DNA of 64,000 nucleotides from Podarcis cretensis (taxonomy: Eukaryota): contig OX638153.1 in assembly GCA_951804945.1 (NCBI GenBank), positions 15,562,001-15,626,000 on the forward strand, written 5' to 3'. Position numbers and translations under genes: made by a program. The notes beneath the pieces are model-generated. The model was not told where the DNA came from. It was given only the letters and a program-made list of their open reading frames with translations, and searched no databases. Below are positions 37,599-51,334 of this stretch, piece by piece. Each line of letters begins with the position of its first letter. The first letter of the stretch is position 1.

Positions 37599-38964
37599 GT
37601 AGCAAACCTACATCTTTGTCTTTCTAGCAAAGGCTTCCCCAACCTGGTGTCTCCACTCAGTCTAACTGGACTACAGCTGTCACCTGCTCTGCTCCCATGT
37701 GCTGGTTGGGATTGATGGGAGTTGTAGTCCAAAACAGCTGGTGGGCACCAGATTGGCGAAGCCTACCCAAACTTGTGATAAAGCTCTGGGTTAAGGACAG
37801 AAGAACACCACCACTAGGTCAGACCAAAGCCCATCTAGTCTCACAGTGGCCAACTGGATGCTCTGGCAAGGGTTGCCTGACAAATGCAATTGTGTGCTCA
37901 TGTTTATATACAGACCTTTCCCACTGTGCACATCCATCTTAGGTGGTAAGTTATTTATTCATTTTTTAATTGCAATTATAGCCCACCTTTTCCTCCATGG
38001 TGCTCAAGGTAATGTCTTCATTTAATCTACTGTGTGGCAGGTCAGGCAGTGGCCCAAGGTGATGCAGTAAGCTTCATGGCCTAATGCAACACTCTAGCCA
38101 CTATACCACACATACTCTTTGTGGCTCTCAGAAAGTCTATGTCAGACCAATTGAGATTAGGGACAGGCCTAGAATGGGGGAAGGTTGGAAAAAGTAGTTT
38201 GGCAAGTTTCTGAAGGAAAAGGTGCCCTCTTAAGAATGTTGGCTGGAGGAGTTGGTGGGGCGCAGAGGAATGAATGTCAGAACTGTGAACTTTGTACACT
38301 GTTATAATTTGACGGCCAGGGCAGCTTTACAATTAGAGGAGACCAAATGGGCAGAAACAATGTAAGGGATTTCGTCAAATCTGAGGAGATTAGTGCTGAA
38401 AGGAGATTGATCCAATTTGTGGCTTCATTTCTAATCAGTGCAATGATTCACATCTAAAATAATTTTAAAAGACGAATTTTTAACAGGTCTTTAAGGTGAG
38501 CTTAAACTCGAAACCTTTGATTGCTTGTTTGGGAGTCAGCTGCACTGAACAAAAATGGGATTTGCTTCTGAATAAATTTGCACAGGGTTTTGTTGTTAAT
38601 CTTCAACTCAGTAATCGCACAACAGGAATTGCTTCTGTGTGAACAATAAAGCAATTACGGCAGGAGGCAGGGGCTCTGCCACCCAACCCCCCCCCCCCAA
38701 ACTGCTGTATGCACATTTGTGGACATGTCTCAAATATGCCTATGTCCATACATATGTGCATATGCAGGCCCTTGGGTTCCTCATCATGAAGAGCACTGCC
38801 TATATATTTAGGAATATTGCAGATGTGGCTTAAAATATCCGTATGATGTATGTATGGCTTGCTACCGCCCTCCATATGTGTGTTTCTTATACATGTGAAG
38901 GCTGAGCCCTCTTGTATACATGGAACTAAGGCTTCCAGTAAAACGGGGTTTATAGCAAACATGT

Positions 38965-39420
38965 CATCATCATAGAATCATAACATTATAGAGGTGGAAT
39001 GGACCCCGAGGGTCATCCAGTCCACCCCCCTGGAATGCAGGAATCTCCACTAGATCATCCATGACAGATGGCCATCCAACCTCTGCTTGAAAACCTCCAA
39101 GGAAGGAGAGTCCAATACCTCTCATGGAAGTCTGTTCCACTGTCAAACAGCTCTTACAGTCAGAAAGTTTTTCCTGTTGTTGAGTTGGAATCTCCTTTCT
39201 TGCAACTTGAAGCCACTGGTTTGAGTCCCAGCTTGTCAATATCCTTCTTAAACTGTGGTATTCAGAACAGGACACAGGACTCGGGATATGGGCTAACCAA
39301 GGCATAATAGAGAATTGCTTCTCTTGTCATTATACTTTTGTTATAAATATACTTCTCTTGATGCAGCCTAGAGTAGCATTAGCCTTTTTTTGCTGCTGCA
39401 TCATACTGTTGACTCACTAG
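38965..39420 (-). mobile_element. CR1 LINE 3' fragment
   Basis: atcatagaatcat tail and CR1 3' sequence on - strand. Confidence 0.75.
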
Positions 39421-39994
39421 CAACATGGCTGGTTATCTGTTGCAAGTAAGAATGTTTGTAAACTGGTAGAGTTTGTTCTCCCCCCCCCCCCGCCCCACCC
39501 CCTAGCATCTTATCTGTCATAATTGCAAGGGTTGGGACTTTTCGCATGCTTAGTTGAAAGGCTGGATTAAGGAGATACAGAACATCTTACTGTCAGGTCA
39601 GTAGTTTATCTTAGTTGTTTTACAACTCTACAACATACGGGCTTTCCCCATATAGGCTTTGAAGCCCCTAGGACGAAAGCTGCGTTACATGAACACAATC
39701 GAGTTCTTCTCAAAACAGTGCATAGATGGGGGAGATGGTAAAACTTGCTGGGCTGGTAAGGGTAAATTGCAGCTGCCTAGAATTTAACCAGTGTAAATGC
39801 GCCCCTGAAGCAGATTTCAGTGCACAGGCAGGACTGTGTGGATGAAGGAACAGACAACTGATCTCAAGTTGTTTATGGCTTGGCAGGTTCAGCCCAGTAT
39901 TTTGATTTGAAAGTACTGGTGGCTAATGAAAGTAGTCCACAAATGGTACTATGCATTCAGACTTAATGGCATCCATATTGCTGAATTTTGCATT

Positions 39995-40205
39995 CACTTT
40001 GACTTCCAGACCATCTTCAACAAAGGCAGCCCTACAGAAAGCTCATTACAGTAGTCCCGGTTGCAGGCAATTATAATATGGGTGAGCATGATCAGATACG
40101 GCTGCTCTAGATAGGGCTGCAGCTGATGGGGAAACCTGAACTTGTGGAAAACACTCCTGGGCACTGGCATTACCTGCACCTCTCCAGACAGCAACTGGCA
40201 TCTTC
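39995..40205 (-). mobile_element. L2-type LINE ORF2 remnant
   Basis: DYCNELSVGLP resembles the L2 RLDYCNSLL.GLP motif. Confidence 0.6.
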
Positions 40206-40209
40206 CTGT

Positions 40210-41144
40210 CAGTGTTCGAAATTTGCCGGGCGCATTTTGCACCTGCCTATTGGCGCAGGTGGCGCTGTGGGTTAAAGCCTCAGCGCCTAGGCCTTGCCGA
40301 TCGAAAGGTCGGCGGTTCGAATCCCTGCGGCGGGGTGCGCTCCCGCTGCTCGGTCCCAGCGCCTGCCAACCTAGCAGTTCGAAAGCACCTCCGGGTGCAA
40401 GTAGATAAATAGGGACCGCTTACCAGCGGGAAGGTAAACGGCGTTTCCGTGTGCGGCTCTGGCTCGCCAGAGCAGCGATGTCACGCTGGCCACGTGACCC
40501 GGAAGTGTCTCCGGACAGCGCTGGCCCCTGGCCTCTTAAGTGAGATGGGCGCACAACCCCAGAGTCTGTCAAGACTGGCCCGTACGGGCAGGGGTACCTT
40601 TACCTTTACCTTTTTATTGGCCTTTTGCGACCAAATGAAGGTGACTTGGTGCCAGAATGACGCCTAACATCTGCACCATCTGAAAGTGCATGCCTGGGAA
40701 TCATTCAGTCTTGAGTGTTTTCACACACTCATACCACATCCTGCAGAATTCTATCAGTTACACTATATCTGCAGAATCAGAATGGATTTTAGGAACCAAA
40801 ATGCTTTTTCTTTGCAGCCTGAGCAGTGAATGGCCCTGCTCACAGTTGTGAAGAGTATTATTATGTTATGAATGGTCCATGTCACCATTAAGAAAAAAAA
40901 GTAGGAATGGGCCCATATATATGTGGACTGTCCTCGGATCAAGTGACTTTTCTTTAAGTTCTCAAAGTTCTTAACCTAGCTTAAGGTTCTCACCAGAACT
41001 AGCCAGATGTTTAACTGATAGTCACAGTTTAGAGCTTTAGAACTTGAGAGGCGTCCCGTCCCCTAATGGCAACCAGACATTCTGTTTTGGCGACTGTAAC
41101 CTTGGTTTAAGGAGCTATTTGGATGCCTGAATTTCTAACATTTG
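40210..41144 (+). mobile_element. Non-autonomous hAT element, copy 3 (interrupted by a Sauria SINE)
   Basis: Starts CAGTGTTCGAAATT, ends tttctaacatttg; colinear with reverse complement of copy 2. Confidence 0.78.
40254..40612 (+). mobile_element. Sauria SINE, young copy nested in hAT copy 3
   Basis: Nearly identical to copies at 20631, 26963 and 32371; TSD tattggc. Confidence 0.93.
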
Positions 41145-41865
41145 CTCTGCTATGGAGGGAGGAGCCAAACTGAGCTGAGCGCTAATCCGTAGAAAGAGGA
41201 GAAAAGTTGAGGGCAAGAGTGAAGAAACAAGTCCTGAGCAGTGAGTTTTTAGTTCTTCTAATATTCTGAATTGTTCGTGAATTGTAATCATTCCAGAACA
41301 GCCATGAGCTCTTCTTAATTTAATATTTAATATTGTGCCTTGAGTCCTCTCCCTGCTAGCTTTAAAAATACTTCCAGGGTCCCTGGCTAAGTGCTGGGAG
41401 TGATCTCTACCAATGGCTGGGCCTGGGCAGCTTCATAGTGAACGATTTTGTCAGGTACTACAATTTTCCATAGCTTTACAAGGCACTGCCTTCCTGCTGC
41501 CAACAGTTTCTTCTGGTGTTGTGTGTTAGGTTGCCAACTTTTTAAAGTGGCTTTTTAAAATATGTGCCTTTAAACCTTTTGATATGCACTGATTAATAGG
41601 TGATTATGTTTGTTCCATGCTGAGAAAAAAAAATCACCTGCTTAATCAGGCAGTGCAAGTTGCTTTTAAAGGCAAAAGAACAAGCCAATAAGTTACTTTT
41701 GTTCTAGGCAGTTGGCAACCCCACCTCTGTGAGCCTCCCCACCCCACCCCCGCCACCACAACTTTAAAATTGGTCTGTTCTTAATTTATTATGGCCACCA
41801 AACCCCCTCTTTCTTTCAGGCTTCTGCAGTTCTGTGAGATCTATGCTTTTCATCCCATTACGCTG

Positions 41866-41872
<7 letters not shown>

Positions 41873-41902
<30 letters not shown>
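41873..41902 (+). repeat. (CT)n microsatellite
   Basis: Seen directly. Confidence 0.9.
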
Positions 41903-41906
<4 letters not shown>

Positions 41907-42880
41907 GAATTTATAAATCTCCCATTCACAAACTACTGTGATGTCCATAAAGAGGCAATACATCTAGGTTGCAAGCTGGCAACTCTACCAGCAGCATTAT
42001 CTGAGATGCTTCAATTTCTCCTGGGTGCAGTGGAGTGCAGACTTAGAACTGTACTTTAAAGGGCCAGGATAGGCTGTGATACTCTGAGCCCAGATGCAAT
42101 TCTAGCTCCTGAAATGTTATGCCATAATACATGTATTAATCTCTTTAAGGTGCTACTGAACTCTATGGTGTTTTTGCTGCAGCAGACTAACATTTACCCC
42201 TCTGGAAGTTTGTAGCTAGCGAATAAACATCCTTATTTTATTGCAAAATACTGAACAAGCTTGATTTTTTAGATTCCTCTTTCTCCACTTGAATATTTTC
42301 TTTAGGGAATTTAGGACAGCATTTCTGACAACTTCAAAGTTGTTAAATTAGTTTGAAAAGGGCAAAGCTCCTTTGCACTGCAGGTATCAAATTACTTAAC
42401 CTTTCATTGTAAGGAGGAGGCAGAGGGAAAAAGAAAAAACGCAGACTACAATGGCTATTAGTTTTTGCGGAACAGAAAATGCACATCTAACTTAAATCTC
42501 AGATTACTTTCCTAAAGCCAAGCATTTGTCATATAACAAAGAGATATATCCCTTTAAAAAGTAATCTCCTTTTTTCTTTTTTACTGCATCTACAGTATGG
42601 AATTGTAGCTTTACAGACTGAAGCAAATAAGGTCAGAATCATTTGCTTTTAGCTTTCCAGACAACCAGATCAAAGGCCCAAGTTCACAGATTAAACCTTG
42701 TGCTTCTGATGGGGCACTCTAGGCCATAGCAAAATTAGTTTATAAGCAACAGCAGGACTCTTGGGTTTGTTTTTTCAGCAGACTAACATCAATACCCCCT
42801 TGCAAACCCAGCTCCTAAATTTGTTTTCCTTTAAATCCTTCCTGGCCAGCTATCCAAATAGGCTTGGTAGGTCTCTTGGT

Positions 42881-43227
42881 AGGTGGCACTGTCGGTTAAA
42901 CCACAGAGCCTAGGGCTTGCCGATCAGAAGGTCGGTGGTTCAAATCCCCGCGACGGGGTGAGTTCCCGTTGTTCGGTCCCTGCTCCTGCCAACCTAGCAG
43001 TCTGAAATCATGTCAAAGTGCAAGTAGATAAATAGGTACTGCTCTGGCAGGAAGGTAAACAGTGTTTCCGTGCGCTGCTCTGGTTTGCCAGAAGCAGCTT
43101 AGTCATGCTGGCCACATGACCCGGAAGCTGTACGCCAGCTTCCTCGGCCAATAAAGCGGGATGAGTGCCGCAACCCCAGAGTCGTCTGCGAATGGACCTA
43201 ATGGTCAGGGGTCCCTTTACCTTTACC
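42881..43227 (+). mobile_element. Sauria SINE, older subfamily
   Basis: Head, core and cctttacctttacc tail. Confidence 0.88.
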
Positions 43228-43590
43228 TAGGTCCCTTGTGGGTTTTCCCCCCTGGAAGTAAAGATATTGCAAGGGACTTTCAAACCACTTGTTTTCTAGT
43301 CAGGCTAGTTTTGCTGCATATATTATTATTTGTACTGATATTATCTGTTAGAATATTAAATTAATTTGTGTATCGCAAAACAAATAGCCCAATCATACCT
43401 TTACACAACAGCATTTTAAAAAAAATCAGAAGAGGCTATTGTACTCACTTTTTTCTGCAATAATTTAGGGATCTAACTCTCTGCAAAACAGTACTGCACT
43501 CCTACTTTCATGTGGATGCTGTCTTCTGCTAGACCAAACTACTGGTATGTTTACACTTTGGAGATAGGCAGCCACAAACAGATGTACAAA

Positions 43591-44910
43591 TTCTTCTTCT
43601 TCTTTGGCGATCACTCATAATTGAGTAAGGTGAGTCCATAAGTGACTGTGGAGGCCAATTCTGGATCCTTCCACAGTGGAGACATAGGTTTTCAGACGGG
43701 AGTTGATCACGGTCTGGGTTTGCCAAATGTGCCTTGCTCTTAGCTTATTTATCCCCTTCTTCCTGAGCTTGAGCATCTTCAAAGTCCATGACACCTTTGG
43801 TAAAGGCTGTTCTCCAATCAGAGCTCTTGCAGGCCAGTATTTCCCAATTGTTGGTGTTTATACTATATTTTTAAAGACTTGCCGTGAGAGAGTCTTTAAA
43901 CCTCTTTTGTTGACCACTAGCATTACGCTTTCCATTATTAAGTTCGGAATAGAGTAATTGCTTTGGCAGATGATAATCAGGCATCTGAACAACATGACCA
44001 GTCCAACAAAGTTGATGTTGAAGAATCATTGCTTTGACACTGGTGATCTTTGCTTCTTCCAGTACACTGGCAGTAGTTCGCCTGTCTTCCCAAGTGATAT
44101 GTAAAACTTTTCGGAGGCACCGTTGCTTGAATCTTTCGAGGAGTTGGAGATGGTGTTTATAAGCGGTCCATGTTTCACAAGCATACAGTAAGGTTGGTAG
44201 TACAATAGCTTTGTAAATAAGCATTTTGGTTTGCTTGCAAATGTCCCGGTCCTCAAACTGTACTTCAGTCGGGAGAAAGCTGCACTCGCAGAGCTCAGGC
44301 AATGCTGGATTTCGGCATAAATGTCGGCCCTTGTGGAAAGATAACTGCCCAGGTAGGAGAAGTGATCAACACTTTCCAGTGTTGCACCATTGAGTTTTGT
44401 GGCACTGCAGAGGGGTTGTTTTGTGCTTGTTGGTGCAGCACTTTGATTTTTGGATAGCGAGTGATAGGCCAAGCTTTTCGTAAGCTTCTGTGAAGTTATT
44501 TAGGATGGTTTGGAGGTCATCCTCTCTGAGTGTGCACACACTACGTTGTCATCAGCATACTGAAGCTCTATGACAGAATTTATGGTAACCTTACTCTTTG
44601 CTTTCAGCCTGCTCAGATTAAAGAGCTTTCCATCTGTTCAATACATGATTTCTACTCCGGTGGGGAGTTTCCCTTCGACAAAGTGTAGGATCATGGCAGT
44701 GAAAATAATGAATAGAGCTGGGGCGATAATATAACCCTGTTTTAACACCTGATCCCACTGTGAATGGTTCACTTTGAGAGCCATTGTTATCTGCGATTGT
44801 TGCTGTCATATTATCATGGAGGAGCTGAAGGATGCTCACAAATTTATCTGGGCAGCCAATTTTCAGAGGGGCCGTCCACAGAGGCAGTCCACATACTGAC
44901 TGGACCGTAC
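43591..44910 (-). mobile_element. RTE-clade LINE, 5'-truncated and degenerate (RT C-half to 3' end)
   Basis: YKAIVLPTLLYACETW...RCLRKVLHITWEDR...WTGHVVQMPD, FSYLGS and ELQYADD motifs; (GAA)n tail. Confidence 0.9.
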
Positions 44911-45499
44911 GTATGAATACTGCACATCTTGTTTATAGCCTCCTTCTGAGGCTTGGCAAGTTAGCTAAAATGATGAGCCAATATAGAGGGAAGCCGGCAG
45001 AGGAAACAACCAAGTGTCAGCTAGGGAAGGAGTCTTGCTTTCGGAAACTTCTTGTGCAAAACCGCCTCTGTCGCAACTCCTCACCGATGCCGCAAGATGC
45101 CACCTGGGGCAGGTGTCCAATGATGAAAAACCGTGTTCTGCACAAGCACTTTCGACCATAGTTAGCATGCGGATGGGACACATCCAAGCAGCTTCATTTG
45201 GTGAAGCGAGGGTGCTGAAGATTGCATTTGAGGTGTTGCTCTTTGTCCAGGAGGGGAAGCCCAGGGAGCTCGGTGGAATTTAAAATCCCGAGTCCCCGTT
45301 TTTGGCCATTAGCCTTCAAACTGTTGACATTGGATGGGGCAAGCGAGGATTATTCCGCAACCTGTGTGCAAAGAATGCTTTGTGGACCTATTGCGCAGAC
45401 TTGTGCTACGTTTTCCCCACCCAAAAATATATATTTTTTGTCGTCTAAACTGCGTCAGCCAGCATTTCTGGTGCCCCAATCAAGCTGGTTCAGCATTTT

Positions 45500-46570
45500 C
45501 TGGTGCCCAGAAACTTAAATCGATAACTCCGGTTACGCAACGCGTGGCGTGGCTCGGTCAGGGAGGCCCCATCCCTCCTGCTTGTTTCGCCACGTGAAGG
45601 GAGGCCTGGCTGAACCCGGCAGCCGAGAAAATCCCCCTTTCTCTCTCTCTTTTAATTTTAAGAAGAGGGAAAGCCGCCACGACGGGTGGAGAAAGCGTGT
45701 GTGTGGTGAGGCAGACAGAGGCTGTACGGTATTAGACGCGCTTGTCAGTTGCCCACAGCAAAGATGGCGCCCTCCGCCTCCGCCAGCACCCGGCATGGCG
45801 GACCCCGCGCCCCCCCCCCCCCGACCCGCGAATGCCACTACAGCGCGACCCCTTTGCAGGGGCCGGCGGTTTCGAGGCCGCCCGAACGGCGGCCAGCTTG
45901 AAGCGCGCTGTGGCTCCCAGCGGCCGCCGGCCCGCGCTTTTTCCCTTCTGCTCATGCCCACCGCGTGTCAGCCAATGGCGGCGGCGGGAGGCGGGGATTG
46001 GCAGGTGGCGGGGCCTCCTCCTCCTCCTCTTCAGCTTGGGGCGTCCGTCAGTCGAGCCGCTGTGGGGAGAGGGAGAGAGGGAGAGAGAGGCGGAGCGGTT
46101 GGACGTCGCGTGTCGAGGAGACGGAGGACGGCGCTCGCTTGGAAGTCCCTGCTGCCCGCCTGTCAGGTTCGAGCCCCGGAGGATCCCCCCGAGCGACAGC
46201 ACCGCCATGCCCACTCTGAGGTACCTCCGTTGCCCGAGAGGCTTCCCCCGGGACAAGGGAGCCGCCGCCGCCGCCGCCGCCGCCCTTTCACCTGAACCGG
46301 CTCTGAGGCGCTTTGCATTGGGTTGGGGGTTACGTGTACGCGCGTGCACGTATGTATGCAGGAGCGCGGGGCGGGGGGGGGGGGGAAATAACCGTGATCT
46401 TCTTTTGGCGGGGTGGTGGCTTGGCATCCTCTCCGCCGCCCTCCTGGTTCCTCTCGCTCCCTTTCCCCACCTTGACATGCCTTCATATCCGTGTCGCGGT
46501 TATTCTTCCTATGGTGGCGATGTATTAATTGTGTATGCCGCCCTTCTTCCGAAGACTGCAGGGCGGTTCA
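45500..46570 (+). promoter_or_regulatory. ADK: Second CpG island, ADK short-isoform promoter
   Basis: Very GC/CpG rich; CCAAT at about 45972 and reverse ATTGG at about 45996; YY1-like AAGATGGCG at about 45761. Confidence 0.8.
46207..46220 (+). CDS. ADK: ADK short-isoform alternative first exon, MPTL(S)
   Basis: Kozak accgccATG; 14 coding nt; AG|gtacct phase-2 donor; parallels human ADK-S MTSVR. Confidence 0.82.
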
Positions 46571-46697
46571 CAGCAAAAAATGCATTTTTTAAAAAATGTA
46601 ATTGAGAAGAAGGAGCAGCTGCGAAAAGCTTGAGGATGCCCACGTGCTGAGTTTAGAAGAAAAAGAATCTTTATTTGCATCAGTCACTAGCCATAGC

Positions 46698-46728
<31 letters not shown>

Positions 46729-46822
46729 TTATTATTTATATCCCACCCATCTGGCTGGGTTTCCCCAGCCACTCTGGGCGGCTCCCAACAGAATATTAAA
46801 AACACGATAAAACATCAGACAT
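46698..46822 (-). mobile_element. LINE (L2-like) 3' end with (AAT)n tail
   Basis: (AAT)n array followed by the tggctgggtttccccagcca stem-loop. Confidence 0.6.
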
Positions 46823-49800
46823 TTAAAAACTTCCCTAAACAGGGAATAATAAATAAAATGAAATGTACTGAAGATAGAGGTAAAAACTAAACTATAGAAA
46901 TACATTTTGGGGGTTTACATCAATCAAATAATAGATCTTATTCTAATTGCTAAAAACCTTGCTGTCACCTGATCATCTTGATCTGCTAAAAGCAATGGCG
47001 GAGCGACCCGGGATGGACAATGATAGAGGGGGTAATAACCTCACTTCTCAAATCATTATAAAGTGTGCAAGCCAGAAGCACTTTTCTTCTAAAAAGAATT
47101 CAACTTAATTAACCGGCGTTGACTTCCAAATGCCTTATGCATCAGATTATTGACTTAATGGAATTGCCATCGCTTCTTCCCAAAGGCAGGCTCTTGACGT
47201 TCTGGGGTAGAGTGGAGTCGGTTAATTTATTTGGCTTCCCAATTAAGAAAAGAGTGAAGAGTCAGCTCTTCAATGCTTGCTACTCTTGTCCTGAATTTCT
47301 AGATCTCTCGTCCCAGATGTTTTCAAAGATTGGCTTCTTTGGGCAAAGGAGTATGTGCAAGCTTGCGAGTTACAACCGGTTTTCCGTAGCTCAGAAGAAC
47401 CTCTTGCATCAGCAGTAGTGTGAGCAAAGCATTCTGGCATGCTCCTGTCTTCCTGCTTTGTCAGTATCTTGTGCCCAAAATATAGGTGTTTGTTGCTGAT
47501 ATAAAAGTGCGTGCTTGGGGGATGTATTGCAGAGAACCTTGCAGAAAATTCTGGGAAGCACATTCAATTCATGTTGGGTCCAACGATACTAGCCATCTTT
47601 GTGTAAACTGAGGGTGCCCCCTGGAAGGCATTGTGAAGCTGTGTGTTGCAGGGAAAAACCAGTAATGGTACACAAGCTGTATTTCGGACCATTTACAAAT
47701 CTTCTCTTCAAGGAAACTAGAAAACATTGTTTTTCTTGTGGACATCAGTGTTTTGCTGAAAATTGTTTGGATACAAGTGCATTACAATCTGAATTTGGCT
47801 GCTGAGTAAAATACTACTCTGAGGGCCTCCTCAAGGAAGAATAAAGTTGTGATGAGAGCTCAATTGACCAAAGGCCCATCAAGTCCGGTGCTTTTGGACT
47901 ATAATTTCCATCATCCCTGACCACTGGTCTTGCTAGCTAGGGATGGTGGGAGTTGTAGTCCCAAAACAGCTGGTGACCCAAGTTTGGGAAACACGGAATT
48001 CTAGTCTGACTTTCTGCTAGTCAATTTCAACATCTCCCAGTTTCTAGGGGACAGAGATACTGCTTCTGAACACAGGCTCCGTTTAGCTACTATGGTTAAT
48101 ACCCATTGAGAAAATTATTTTCCACAAATTTGGCTAATTCTGTTTTAAACCCAATGAAGTTTTTGACCATCACCCTGACATGTGGCTGCATCTGAAGAGT
48201 TAACATTTGTTCTCCTGTATGATAATAGCCAATGGCAGCTTCCTTCCCTTTCCTTCCAGGCACTTAAATTTGGCAAAGTATATCAGCTTTTAAAATTTGA
48301 GTTTTAGTATGTACATACCGTAATCCAGGGCTGCAGTGTGTATCAGCTAAAAAGTTTGATACTGGAGCAGCTCTTGGAGATTCCAGTAGTTGGATTCAAG
48401 GGATGTCAGTTCTGTGAATGGTAGGTGTGCTTCCATTCACGGAAGTGACCAAGATCTAGTGGTGATTCCATGCTGGAGGAACGCAAGAGCTGATACTCAC
48501 CAATTTTCTTGCAACCATGCACATCACCTCATGCTGCTCCAGAGCGCACCCACCTCCTCCAGAGCAGATTTTCAGGGAGCATAGAGAGGAGAAGGAATTG
48601 GCAAAAATAGCCTCCTCCTCCCTCCATCAAAGGCTTAATGCTATTAGGAGCAAATGGTTCCAGCCCTGAGTGGTTCACTTTGTAAATGGATCAAGCTTTC
48701 TTGTGTAGATCGCTTCCCTGTGGTTTCTCAAAAAGAAAAGAATCCTCCTGAGTAATTTCCATTGTGCAAATAGTCACCAAATTAGCTGGTGTCTTCATAG
48801 CTTGTCAGGCACCATGGGATGAATTGGAACATGTACACTAGTATAAAGTTGCAACTCCAGAATTTCCTTATCTGTTAAGGATATCTCTCTGATACTCTTC
48901 TTTGCACCAGCAGTATCTGGTGTATCAGATATCTCTTTGCCTCTAGTTGAGCAGCACAGACCAGTGTCCCTCTGAAAACATGATTCAGTTCAACGACCAG
49001 ATTACACTGAGCCAACATGCTTTGAGATGTCTCTAGGAATAGAACAGCTTTCGTTCTGATTGATTTAATGTCTGTAGTCCTTGCTTTTAAAGAAGCTGGC
49101 AGCTGAAGTGCTGAGCGTGTGTATTTGACTCTTTTTGCAAGACTATGCCCCGCAAGTGATGTGCAACATTATCATATTGTGGGGGGATCAGTTATGCAAC
49201 TCACACAGTGACTTGAGGAAAATTGCTTCCTCGTCTCTGTTCCTGACTTGTAGGATGAATGGTTGCAGGAAGAAAGCAAATTAATTCCATCCATTATAAA
49301 ACACTTGCATTAAGATTGCAGGCTTAGATATACCTGCCCAAGAACAGACCCCATTGAATTCATTTGGGACTTTCTTAATAGGACCAGGGTGCTAGCCTCA
49401 ATACTGACACATGCTTACCTAAAACTCCCATTTCATTCCCTCAGCTTTTTTACGTGGAAGTTTGTGACCGATGGACACACACAGCAGAAACTTCTTCTGT
49501 GCAGTCTCTAAAGATCTCATGAGAAGCTGGGGAGAACAATAAGAACTTATTAGCCAAAGAAATTTTAGTAATATAATCTTGCAGGCACGGTAAAGAAATA
49601 TCTTGAAATATTGTCTATGTTTTTGCAACTTCAGATGTTAATAAGCAAAAATTCCAAAGTTGATCTGCTTCTCCTGATCGCTTATTGATCCAGGAGCCTC
49701 AGGGCAGCTAACAGGTAGTCTTCAGCATTTTATTCACAACATTTCTATTGTGGTTAGTTGAGTGACTTGCCCAACATTACCCTGTAAGGTTCATGGTTTG

Positions 49801-51232
49801 AGCATTGATTTGAACCCATGTCTCCCCAATCCTAGCCCAGCACTCTGTTTAATCTCTGCTTCTGTTTGTATGACACAGTGTGGGCTCACTTGTTACAAAA
49901 AGAGAGATGAGAGCATGTATAACATTGATTGCTGACTTGGATTCTGGCACACAAATCATGAGCCCAAGACTAGAGTATATGTGTCAAAGACATTCAGGTA
50001 AATAGAGAAAAAGCTTATACTATGATGGTTGCAACGGAGTTCTGAGTTTGTGGGCCGCATTCAACTAACATTTCCCATTAACACAAGGATTCCCACTTGC
50101 ACAACAGGAGAACATTCTGTTGCACAAGCAGAAATCCTTGCATAGCTCTGCTTTGTTACTCCATGAGGCGAACCCCTTGAGATTGTTTAAAATGTGCATC
50201 ATCTATCATTAATTTAATTTTCTATTTCTAACTACCTTATGTTGGTAGCAGAGTTGTCCTTAAGTGACGTGGCAGCCAATAAAAGCTGGCAAATCATTAA
50301 TACTGGCTTTGCTATGTTAACACTGTTTTACAAACTGTGAACTAGCTTACATTACTAAATAATCCTAAATTTACAGCATGGAAACAGCTTTTTCTGAAGT
50401 CGGTGGGGCTCACTTAAGGGCCTGAATTCAGGATCATTTGTTGTGATGTGTTTCTTAAACAACTGCCCTCAACTTATTGGTTGCTACCTTAAAACTGTCT
50501 TGAATATGAGCTCAGGACTTGGCTCTGTATGATTTAGTTGCTCTCAGTCCTCTGACCATGAAACTAGAAAGATTATAGGAATACCCTGTGATTACTTGAT
50601 CTTTTTGATTGTGTAAATTACTATTAAATCAGAAACATAGTCTTCCCCTCCCCGTTTTATGGCTAAATTTGGTCCGTCCGTCCCCCCCCCCCCCCGGTTC
50701 ATATGATAAGCAGACATAATCGTTTCAGTGGGAAGTGTCCTGTCTATAAAATAAGACCTTCATCTTGAACAGAGGGCGCAAGGCTGGCTTCACCATGCTA
50801 CGCTGTGAAGCAAACTGCTTCAGACAGTACAGTGGTGTGGGTAGATGCAGGCAGGTTCTGGTGTCTTGAGTAGTGCAGGACTGCAACATGAGACTCTCAG
50901 CCTAATTTCATCCAGTTGCCAGGGAGGAGGAAAAGGGTGTGGCAGAGAGAGGAGTGCCCTGCCCACTTTGGGGTTTGCGTTTGCAAACCCCCTGTTCCCT
51001 GTGGTGGAATGCTGCCCTCAGATTAAATCAAGCTCCCCCACCCCACCCCCCATCATTTTAAAAGTGTTTGGTTTCTTTGCTTAGGCCCATTATCTCTTCT
51101 TTCCCCACCCTCCACAAAGCTATGTGGTGTTTGTGTTTCTATCTCAAATAATCGTTATCAGTTCGCGGGTGGCAGCGGTGACTTTGTGATCTCAAAATTG
51201 TTTTACCAGTATGCTGCAATTGTTTGAACTGA

Positions 51233-51334
<102 letters not shown>

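Noticed and set aside
43591-44910. RTE LINE as the active partner of the young Sauria SINEs
   Set aside because: Truncated and frameshifted, and its (GAA)n tail differs from the SINE (ACCTTT)n tail.
45533-46605. Long overlapping ORFs (248-287 aa) on both strands
   Set aside because: Stop-poor GC-rich CpG island; low-complexity Arg/Gly/Pro/Ala; only 14 nt fit ADK coding.
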